From Chara braunii (taxonomy: Eukaryota; Plantae; Charophyceae), in NCBI GenBank assembly GCA_003427395.1, contig BFEA01000037.1, positions 1,591,821 through 1,655,820 on the forward strand: a stretch of 64,000 nt of DNA. The letters run 5' to 3'. A program made the position numbers and the translations under genes. The notes beneath the pieces are model-generated. The model ran no database searches. It worked only from the letters and a program-made list of their open reading frames with translations, and was not told the origin of the DNA. This document shows positions 47,107 through 58,288 of the stretch, piece after piece. The stretch's first letter is position 1, and every line of letters begins with the position of its first letter.

Positions 47107-50100
47107 AAGGAGATGAACTCAACTGAGTCGATACCCGTTGTCGCACTTTTTCTAGTTGGGTCACTTCTGGCGATAAAAAAACTAACAGGTTGTCACGCAG
47201 GATTTTGATGATGGTTTGCAATAAATAAATAAACTAAATGAAGCAAATCTCTTCCTTTTGAGTGCGCTCGGCTTCGAGCGAGACCCTTCGATTGCAGTCT
47301 TTGTCAGTCCTTGGTCTTAGAAATCTTTATTTTGATTCAGAACAATAAAACTCGTGCAAATAATAATCATAAAATTTTGGTGTGCCATGCATATATCAAT
47401 TTGTCAATTTGCTAATTTGAGAATTGTGACAAGATCAACAGGAAGCATAATCATCAAACAAAGTCAATGCAAAAGATCAAGACTGACTGACTCTAAGCAA
47501 AAGCAAGATGAATGAGGGAAAAATGGAAACTCATAATGATCTCAGAAAGTACAGATGAATAGGCACGACCGGCACTAGTCAAGAGTCCTCACTCATCCTT
47601 CTAGAGGCTCCTCATCAATCTCTAATTTGGTTGTGCGTCTGTTGTACCCCGAGCCATGCCTATGTACCTCCTGAGATTGTGACCTCTGGATGTAGAGCCA
47701 CCTAAAACCTGCAAGCTCTGAACACTTTCATCCAAGACCCATGATACGAAAATCAACCATAGCACAAAATTCCTCCCACAAGGTAGGAAAATAGGATTGG
47801 GAGAAAATCCCTCGTCTGACATGCCTGAACTCAGATGGCTCCGTAACTGCCACGTAGTCAATTATACCTCTTGGCTAGATCTACTAAGTCACCCCAGCAG
47901 GAGCCGTCTGCGAGAATGAACGGAATTGGGGACTCAGGGTAATCAGTGTGAGCTTAGGTCTGAAGTTGCGGATCAGTTTGACATCACTCTCATTAAGCTC
48001 CGTCTCTTTCTCTTTAAGGTGATTTGCTGTGAGATCCAGATAGAGTAGAAGAGCTTATGAGTTCCTTTACGCTTCCTTATGCAGTGCCTAAAGTCATAGA
48101 TGATGTGTGTTGCGAAACTGGTGAGGGCAACGAAGATTGACAGATCTCCTTGCTTAAAGCCAATTGCACTGAGATACCGATACTAGAGGGCATCTTTGGA
48201 AGCAATTCTGTTGAGGTTGGCAAGAATAGACTCACTGACTAGAAATGAGGTGATGGTACTTATGTATCTGTGTGAATGCTGAGAACTGATCTGAGTAATC
48301 ACGAATCTCTACTGACGATGATTTGCAAATGTTGATGAATAGGTCTACCAACTTGACATCACTAACGCAAATATTGATTGGGTAATGTTGACTTGTTGCG
48401 ATGATTGGGTGAAACTCGTCAATTAGTGTTTTGGTAAAATCTTCAAAGAGGAAATCTGAGTTTTCATGTGTTCACAAATGCTTAGCTCTGGCCTTCTCAG
48501 TCGTCTTCAAGGAAGATCCTGTGCTATGCAATTTTTCGCTACACACTGAAATACATATTCGATATATTTCTCTTCCCTGACTCTACTAATTGCAATTTCC
48601 TTCATAACAGGTTTGTTATGTTTCATATCTCGAATCGCTTCTGCCTCCTAACCCTCATGTTTGTCTCGGTTGATGATAACTTTGACTACTAATATCTCAC
48701 CATCCCTCATGTTTCCTTGTCCCTCCCTCGAAACAGACTTACGAGGAGTTAGGGGAGTAAGAGGATAGGTTGCTCCATGCAATGAAGAAGGATATGCTTG
48801 ATGTTTTTGAATTTATCTCAGGAGACCCACCAGATGATTATCAGAGGTTAGTCTCAGTTTCCTTTTTACGTTAACGAGACAATAGCCAAATAAATATTGT
48901 CGGGATCGTTTCCCCAAGGTGAGTTACTAGCCCGAGTACTGCTCCAGTGTTATACAATCATGACCGGCTCCATGCAGTCGCTTTAAGCATTGGTAGTCTG
49001 GATACAATTAGCTCAAAGGTTATGGGGGACCAGTTTGGGAAATCTTTCGTTCATAGAGTTACCTTGAGCTTAGAGTATAATTCCCCTTCATCATTACAGA
49101 TCCGAAATTCAGAGCCCGTCCCATATAAGAGAATCACTCATGGGTGCAAAGCCAGTCCAGACCCGACTTGACTGAATTGAGCGAAAGGGGGTGTTCCCCC
49201 CCCTCGGCACTGCAATTTTGGGCACAGTCCTCTCCGGAGCTAGAACATCCAACCTGGACCCTGAGAACTTGCTGATACCAAACAAGAGGTTTGTTCCAGT
49301 TAAATTGCATAATATTTACTTATGTAGTTTTGTCGCAAGAGATAAAGCTCGCTTGCAGAGTTGGAAGAGGGGAAACTGCGGTATACTACGGGTTGCGACT
49401 TCTGCTCGTAAGATAGAAACGACGTCAGAGCTCAACGCACGAGTCTTACTCAACCTGAGATCCCCGTCGTTGAGTCAGGTGACAGTCAACAGGGTGTCCG
49501 CAGGAGGGACGAATAACACATGGGGATTATCCTACTCTTCAGTAGTGGATGACAGATGAGGTGAAAGAGAGCCAAAGAGTTTGGTCAACCCTTAGGAAGC
49601 ATCACGCTGTGGAGACATCATCATGGTGCGCTCTACCTTGGCTTGCATGGCAACAAGGTAATATCACAAAAGTAGGAGGCGGTTCTGCGCGGTGGGCAAG
49701 TAGGGGGAATCGCGACAGGTGATTACAAGCCGTGGATACATATGGGGTACATTGCACAAGTGGTTAACAGGGGGACCCCCACTTTTCAGCCCCAGGTTAA
49801 CACCCCCAACACTGAAAAGTGCATTTGGGGATTTTCTTTTTAGTTTTTTTAGTTTTTTTTTTGCCCTGTTTTTATTTGGTCACATACATACTAAAAAGAC
49901 CACATATGACGGAGGCTAGGGACTTGGTACCAAGTACTACCAACACATGACCTACAACTATAGGTTCGTCCCCAGCATATATACATACTAGATACACACA
50001 TGACTAAGGTTCATTGAACGTCCCCTCACTAAGTAGTCACTGCAGTTCTCCTTTAGTCGTGATCCCTGACTGAGATAAGTTGAAACAAATCTGTTGATGA

Positions 50101-53100
50101 ATATACAGAACAACATTGCAGATGAACTGACCTGTGACCCAAAAAACCTCAGTATTACTCAGGTGGTGTTGGGTATGAAGGCCTACTCAGGTAGAGGAAT
50201 GTCTCAGACCATCTCTACTTAAGCAGGGATCATGGTCCACATGACTGTTCGTGTACAATTCGTGCGGCACATCGGAGACCATAGACACCTATCCGGACTG
50301 ATCTCGCCAGGATAATAGTTGGAAAGACTTACTAAAAAATCCCATGCACAACGCCTGCCAGTGCATCTAGCTTACCTCTATCGGTCCGCCACATCCTTAG
50401 TGGAGGGATCTGAGAGTAATGCTTCAATTGTGGCCTTTTCATTTAGATGGTGCAGGGCCTATCCCGGTTTTCCATGTCATGTACGACTTAAGGCTTAGCC
50501 CCGTTTGCCAAGACCAATCCAATCGCGAGCCGAGCCTGTATTGAGAGTTACCTTCCCGAGTCTCCGAGTACGTTCAAACACAACTTAATAGACCTCGAAG
50601 TCAAGGCTGACACCGACACATTGAGCTCATACCTCCCCTCTGCTCAGGGGATAGGATTCAAGCTCAAGGTATGGCTCATGACTGCTCTCACATTGATATG
50701 TAACGGGGTACTGCCGTCAATAATCAGAATCCGTGCGAATACTCTTTGTGTCCCCATGAACGTACAACGAGAGGTACCTCAAACAGTTCCCTCTGGGTGG
50801 TAAGTACGTTTAGTCAGTAGCGTACACCTCTCGAACAACACACAAACATTTGTCAGCGACTAACCACATTTGAATTAGAGGGTTGCACCCCTTTCATATT
50901 TTGTATTGAATGCTGACTAAGCAATTAACCAAGGAGTCGACATGACCGACATGCTGCATGGCTCTGGTAGTCCCTCTTCCTTTACTGGTTCGCGTATCGT
51001 ACAAAGGGGGTAGATTGTGATATTGACTCGAGTGGCACACACCATGCCCTTCACACTATTATTAACCCTCAGGAATTGATCTCACCTAATGCATTAACTC
51101 CGAGTTCAAACCCAAAACCGTATTTAAGAGGAAACTGTTCTGAGCGCATGATATACCCACGTCCCGTTCACGGAGACTAAATGGGAGGTCAGCCTGTAGC
51201 ATTCTATCTCGTAACTTTAGATATAAACTCATCAGTACCCAGGACCGAGCGCCCAAAAATAAAGAATAAACACACAATCTACGAAGCAATTCTCTTGTGC
51301 ATGGAGTTAGTCCATTCTCGGTCTCTTAATCAAAGCGATGACACTCAGTGCGGGGCGTGATTGATCGTATGTAGTTAACTAGTTGAGGGTATAATAGAAA
51401 TAGCTTCAGAGAGCCCATCGCGTCTCACAGAAATCATTCATCGTTCTGCACAAAGGGTAGTTGTCGGGTCCCGCAGTGTCTTTTCTTGCTTACTTATCTA
51501 TGCCTGTAGGGCATTTTCGTAGTATTGACTAAACTCTCCAGCTTGCCATGATCGGTGTCTCGGTCTAGAATTCCGTGTACGTCGGTTTTTAAACCGACCA
51601 TAGTGGGGCAAGCAATATGTCATCACATTTTCCCCTGTCCAGATCAGCTAGTTTTCAGACCTATACCGAAACCTAGGGTAATTCATTGTCCTTAGTCCCC
51701 ATTAAGTAAGGCCTTAATACTCAAATAGACTATCCTCCTTCATTGCCATCCTTTTCCTCTGCGGCTCATTACGTCATCACTGCCAGGACAGGGTGCAGAA
51801 TGACCCTGGACAAGACGAAGATGAAGGCTCATAAGTAAATTCAGATCCCCAATCGACGGGAATTGTCGTCGCCTGTTTTCCTCTTTTGCCAACTAGCCAA
51901 AGCTCATGTAGTAAACCCAACAGAGTACGCAATTGAGCTTGCTCGCTTGATTAAAGGAAAGATCGGTCAATATTTCACCCACCGAAGCTGAAACGAAACT
52001 TGGGGACGTTACATGTTCTCTTAGTCATTTGATCTTAATCTTAAGCAAACCAACTTAATTTAAAAGTTGCCACTCATCAGATAAGATTGCCCCAAGGAAA
52101 AGTTACCACCCGAGAGCAAGTGGAGCACGAGTCTTAAGTGAGAGTAGGGCATAGACACTCTCAAGCAGGATCGATCAGGGAGGTATACAGTCCCACCGGA
52201 TATTAATCTCAGCTAAAGATGCATGTTTATAAAGCCAAATATCACCTGCAACGAAGAAGGGGAAAAAAGTAATGACTTATTTTACTGGATCAATTACGTG
52301 TCGTTTAACCACAACACTTCAAAAGCATTCGACTCGAGTTGTGGAGCAAGCTCAATTCTCAAGGACTAAGTTACCTGTTGTCAAATGTGGTCTGCAGCGA
52401 GCAACAGTACTCACAATTCAAACTGTAACGAATGGGCTCGCCCACAGAACTATGCACTAGCAACCCAATTGATAAAGGGTTATTACTTACGGGCTATATT
52501 GCACGCCCGGTCACGGCCGGGGGCAAAAACTCGGCCGCGGCCGTGCCCGGCGGCCGAATCGGCCAGGTTTGGCCAAGGCCGAACGGCCGAGTTTGGTGCA
52601 GGATTTTTTTTCCGTATTTTTTAGGGTAAAAAAAAAAAAAAAGGGCGTGCGGGGCTGAAAAAACCCTGCACGCCCTTTTTTTTTTTGGTTTTTTTTTTAT
52701 GTTGCTGGTCGCCAAAAAAAAATGCAGAACGAAAAAAAAAANNNNNNNNNNNNNNNNNNNNNNNNNNNNNNNNNNNNNNNNNNNNNNNNNNNNNNNNNNN
52801 NNNNNNNNNNNNNNNNNNNNNNNNNNNNNNNNNNNNNNNNNNNNNNNNNNNNNNNNNNNNNNNNNNNNNNNNNNNNNNNNNNNNNNNNNNNNNNNNNNNN
52901 NNNNNNNNNNNNNNNNNNNNNNNNNNNNNNNNNNNNNNNNNNNNNNNNNNNNNNNNNNNNNNNNNNNNNNNNNNNNNNNNNNNNNNNNNNNNNNNNNNNN
53001 NNNNNNNNNNNNNNNNNNNNNNNNNNNNNNNNNNNNNNNNNNNNNNNNNNNNNNNNNNNNNNNNNNNNNNNNNNNNNNNNNNNNNNNNNNNNNNNNNNNN

Positions 53101-53331
53101 NNNNNNNNNNNNNNNNNNNNNNNNNNNNNNNNNNNNNNNNNNNNNNNNNNNNNNNNNNNNNNNNNNNNNNNNNNNNNNNNNNNNNNNNNNNNNNNNNNNN
53201 NNNNNNNNNNNNNNNNNNNNNNNNNNNNNNNNNNNNNNNNNNNNNNNNNNNNNNNNNNNNNNNNNNNNNNNNNNNNNNNNNNNNNNNNNNNNNNNNNNNN
53301 NNNNNNNNNNNNNNNNNNNNNNNTGTCAGTA

Positions 53332-53333
<2 letters not shown>

Positions 53334-53384
<51 letters not shown>
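53334..53384. repeat. (GA)n microsatellite upstream of the hAT transposase
   Basis: Seen directly. Confidence 0.95.
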
Positions 53385-53386
<2 letters not shown>

Positions 53387-53827
53387 CCGCATGCACCACC
53401 GCCAAGCCCCGAACGCCGCCGCCACCCGTCCACCGTCCATCGCCGCGACACCGATCTTTGTCGCGCGCCCGCCATCGCCGCGCAGGCGGCGCAGCGTTTT
53501 AGTGCCCGGCCTCAGCCGAACACGGCCGAACACGGCCGAACGTGGCCGAACGCGACCGAACGTGGCCGGAGCGGCCATGACGGCCACGCCGTGGAGGCCG
53601 CCGCAGGGGAGGCTGGGGCAGGCCGTGTGGATGGGTCCGACGCGTCTGTGCTAGAGACCCACGCCCGCCTCGGGTGCCGACAGGGGGAGGACTACGGAGG
53701 GGCAAGCGAGGACGACATCGAAGGTGCGGAGGGACCATCCACGAGACGACATCGGCGGCGAGGCCAAGGACTGTGAATCTCGGAGTACGCTGTGCGTAGG
53801 AGGGGGGGGGGGGGGGGTTGTGGGACG

Positions 53828-56800
53828 ATGATGGGTGGTGCGGGGCCCAGCGGTGAGGGGACTGGCGGTGCACGGGGGACTGCGGGTGGGGGATTCGTCC
53901 CGCAGTCTGATAGGGAGATGAGGAGGTTGAGGTGGGGCAACTCGAATTGGAACTTCGTCACCGCGGGGCAACTTGTCGGGGACCAGTCGAAGATGCATGG
54001 GGACCGGAATTTGCGTTGCAACTTTTGCAACCATGTGTGGCAGGGGAATGCGACGAAGGCCGCCCGCCATTTCACGCAGCCCAAGTATTGCAAGATTGCG
54101 GGGATGAGAGTTCTCGCGGACATCTGGAACAACACGGGGTACACGTTCGTGGACAAGACTGCTCAGCGGGTCTAGAGGTGGATGGCAGACGAGGGGATTC
54201 GGGATACGAGATCGACCACGGGTGGGCAGCGGCCACGGGCAGATGAGGCAGAGAGGGACGAGATGCAGGACTTCCTCGATGCACAGGAGGGGGGCGAGGG
54301 CGGGGTCGGCGAGGCGGGGATGCGAGACGAGGCAGCTGGACGCTGCGAGCCCGATCTGCCTGAGGAGGAGGTAGTGATGACATCGAGAGCGGATGGCCCG
54401 GCGGGACGCGGTGCGAGGGCGTCACGACCTGAGTTGGAGCGCGCTAGGAGGGAGAAGAGGAAAGTGGGGGAGGAGGACGTTGACGTGCGGGACATGGCGA
54501 GGGCACATCAGACGACGATCGACGAGCTGTACGCGAAGGAGAAGTTGAGCGAGTTCACTGACGTGTGGCTGCAGTGGATCTATGCGAACGGGTTGCCGTT
54601 CAACGCCTTCAGAGGGTCGGAGTTCCAGAGGGTGCTTCAAGCGGCGGAGAGAGTCCCCCGCAACGTTCACTTCCAGTTTCCCTCCTACAGGGTTACAGCG
54701 GGCGCAGGGATGCCTTCGCAGAGGGGGAAGGTGGCGACGATGGTGAGCGAGGTGCGGGCCGCTTTTCGGCACACCGGTGCCATCATCCTCTCCGACGGAA
54801 GGAAGTCGCGTAGCGGCAAGCCGCTCATGAACTTCCTGGCCGGGGGCGCCAACGGCGCCCTGCTATATGCGACCGTCGCAGGTGACGGGTCAGTCGCTGA
54901 CACGGCGGATGTAATGTATCGCAGGTGGTGGGCCATCATCTTGTCCTTTCCTGCAAAGGACGCGATCGGCTTCTGCACAGACTCCGCCAGTAACTATACG
55001 GCGGCCCGCAGATTCGCCACCGACCCCGACGCAGACATCAGGAGGATCGCTTGGCTTCCCTGCTCCACCCACGTCTGCAACTTGATGTTGTCAGACGTCG
55101 GGACGCGAGTGGGGTGGGTCAAGGAGACCATCATCCGTGCCCGAGCGTTAGTGCGATTTATTAAATCACACGGCGCTGCGTTCGCCCTTTTCAGGAGGAT
55201 GAGCCCTCGTGTCACGCTGGTTGAGCCCGTTGAGACCCGGTTTGCATCAGTTTTCCTGATGCTGACGTGTCTCAAAGGCCGGCGGGACGCGTTAGAGAGC
55301 ATGCTGCACGGCGACGCGTGGGCTCGCGTCCCGTGGGAGCGTAGGCTTGTCTCCCAGGCACAGTGGGTTCAACAGCAGATCCGTGACGGCGAGTTCTGGC
55401 GATGCGTTGACTGTGCCATCCGCGTTATGTCGCCCATCCACCAGCTCTTGAGGAGGATGGATAGAGGGGGGATGATGATGTTCATCGTTTACGAGTGGAG
55501 TCGGCATCTTCTGGAGTTGACGAGGAGGGTGGATATGCCGGCGGACATGGTCGAGCCGTGTGTGCGCGAGGTTGCCGTCCGCAACCTCCACATGGTCGAG
55601 CCCGCACATGCTGCGGCACACCTCCTCAACCCTCGCCGCCGGTCCCTCCGATATTATGAGTCATTGCAGACGACCACCGACAACGCCCGTGTGGTCGAGG
55701 AGTGCGACAGATTTCTGCTCGCACAGACTGGCGGTGATCCGGTCGGCAGACTGTACAGGATAGTCCGTGACTAGATCAGGCATTTCCACTCGCGGCGGGG
55801 AGATTGGGGAGATCGGCAGTTGTCCGATGCCGAGGCCGATGACTGTCAGGGGGACCGCGAGACTGAGCGTTGTGCCTAGTGGTGGTTTGATCACGGACGT
55901 CATCACCCTGAGTTGCGCACCATCGCCCTCCGTGTGATGCACTTGTGGACGTCCGCCTCTTCTGCGGAGAGGAACTGGGCGCAGCACGAGCGCATCAACA
56001 CGGCGAGGCGCCACAAGCTTGGCTTTGCCAAGCTTGCACAGCTGGTTGAGATTGCCACCAATCTCAAACTGGCCGGGTGCGCACAGCAGGGTAGTGGCTA
56101 CGTGTTGCCCTGGGTTATGGGGACCGGTCAGGAGGAGACCGCGGGAGGGCAGGAGGACGACGAGGGGGACGTGGATCCCGAGGTGTGGGGAGCGCGACCT
56201 GCTGGTAGTTTCAGTGAGCAGGACATCGAGCGCCAGGTCGTCGCTTTCCATGCTTGTCGACCGTCCAGAGACGACCCGATTCAAGACGTGTTCGGGAAGA
56301 GGGCAGTGGAGCTACGGCCGTGGCCGGAGTAGACGTCGGACGCTGATGCGGACGGCGACACGTAGGACGACGAGTGGACGGACGATGACGACGCTCCGGC
56401 GACACGTAGGTGGACGGACGATGACGACGCTCCCGTCAGGGGCGACGCGACGGCGAAGGTGGTCTATTTCACGTACGGCGGAGGACTTGACGGCATGACT
56501 CCACACGCATCCGTCATCACTGACGATGTGTCGTCCAGTGGTCAGGCCAGTGGCACCGGCAGAGCCGGTGGTCATCGTCGACGACGACCTCGTGCCGACG
56601 AGCATGTGGAGGAGCAGGAGCCACTCCGAGGCCTTCAGCAGACGGGCAGACGTTGGGAGGTCAGGAGCGACAACGAGCCGGAGGGGGCGAAGGAGGAGGA
56701 GGAGGTGCGGCTTCGGTATCGTCGGTTCTCTCCCTCTCATCATCGAACTACGGGACCGTCCGAGCCTACCAGGCCGAGGACAAGGTCGGCATCGGCAGCG

Positions 56801-58288
56801 GAGAGACAACAGACACCAGCGACCGAGCACTATGAGGGGACCGGGCTTGCGGACATTCCGGAGATGGAGAGGACTCCATCCTGCGCTGGTGTCCGCCACC
56901 GCTCGCCGTCCGAGCTGCGCACCGACGACTTCTACGTCGGCGGCTCTGGCGGGGGTTTGGGGGATCTTAGTGCCCCGAGATAGGGGGGTGCCTCACTGTC
57001 GGACATGCTCCTCGACGATTCCGATGTGCGGGGCCATGTAGAGACCGCGGAGGAGCGGGATGCCCAACTGGACAGGGAGGAGGAGGAGCGGCTGCGGACT
57101 TTGCCGAGATGGAAGGGTCGTTTCGCATATATGGAGAAGCAGCGCCGACTGAGGGAGTTGGAGACAGGGGGGGGTGGCGGCGGTGACGGAGGCGACGTGG
57201 GTTTTGGTGGGAAGGCTGATGCGGGGGCGGCCCGACAGGGTGTCCCCACGGGTGTTGAGGGAGATGGTGTCGCCGTGGGTGGTGGGGGGGAGGGTGGCGG
57301 CGAGGACGAGGACGAGGACGAGGAGGGGTCCGACCACGGAGACGACCATGGCGACGACGGCGACGACGGCGATGACGACGGTGACCACGACGACGACGGC
57401 GGCCACGGCGACGACGGTGGTGACGGCGGCGGCGAGAGAGAGAGAGAGGGTAGGCTGGCTTTGGTCTTGAGGGACTCGTCAGTGCCTTCACTACCTCTCA
57501 CACGGCCCGAGGCCTTCGCGCAGGCTGGTTTTGATGCCGACGATTTGGCGCGACTCGGTTCACATGACCCTTTCCCCCACACGGGCCGCAGGAGCGGCGA
57601 GAGGCGCCCTCCTGGAGGGGTGGATTCGCCCCCGCCCTACATCATGGATAGCCCTAGATGGTCAGGTTCTTCGCTCAGCGACATTAGAGGGAGGGAGTCC
57701 TGGCCGGTTGATGGCGGGTCGGGCCGCCGCAGTGAGGGCGGCGGATCTGCCGGATCGATGCCTCCGCCACCCGCACGGAGCACGGAGGGCGGCGCCGACG
57801 TGACTACGGCCCGTGCGCCCGTTGCCGGTTCCCCGCCGCCTGTCGCAAGTGGTGTTGCCGGCGAATGGGCAGCTCATCGCCGGGTCTCGGACCGGATGAG
57901 GGCGGATTACGACGCCGGGAGGGGCGTCTTCGCAGGACGTTTGTCACCTCGGTTTCAGGTTGCGGGCAGCAACGAGGTTGGCTCCGGACGTCCGAGTCTT
58001 CACATGGCAGGCCGCATGCTCGGTTTGTCTCGATCATCGACGAGGAGAGTTTTGATCCCACCGCCGATTTCGGCCCGAGGGACAGCTGGGGACATGCAAC
58101 AGGGTCAGCACTACACATCCGACGAGGAGGGGTTGCTGATGCCTCGTGCGACTAGACGACACAGCGCCGTCACCACCCAACCCCCGCCCAACCCCCGCCC
58201 AACCCCCACGCTCCTGATGTCCAAGCTCAAGTACCTAGTATCCCACCGCTTGCAGTGGGAGACTATGTACTTGCACTTCAACACTTGA
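53828..58288 (+). pseudogene. hAT transposase (BED finger, DUF659-type catalytic core, dimerization domain) with a long low-complexity C-terminal extension; six in-frame stops
   Basis: WNFV...CNFC...ARHF...C; LSDG, CTDSASN, WLPCSTHVCNLML, ETRFAS; WW...PELRTIALRV...SASSAERNW. Five ORF-track pieces share one frame. Confidence 0.92.

Noticed and set aside
47172-47192. A7-CT-AACAG resembling a vesiculovirus gene junction
   Set aside because: A single short match, on the opposite strand to the coding-like relics; likely chance.
51861-51875. Minus-strand GDDN as an RdRp motif C
   Set aside because: It is preceded by KRKT rather than a hydrophobic strand, and no motifs A or B were found.
52494-53654. 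ORFs spanning N runs (also 40133-40557 and 58111-58998)
   Set aside because: Artefacts of assembly gaps.
53828-58288. All-TAG stops as evidence of TAG reassignment or readthrough
   Set aside because: C-to-T decay explains them, and neighbouring dead elements also accumulate TAG, TGA and TAA stops.
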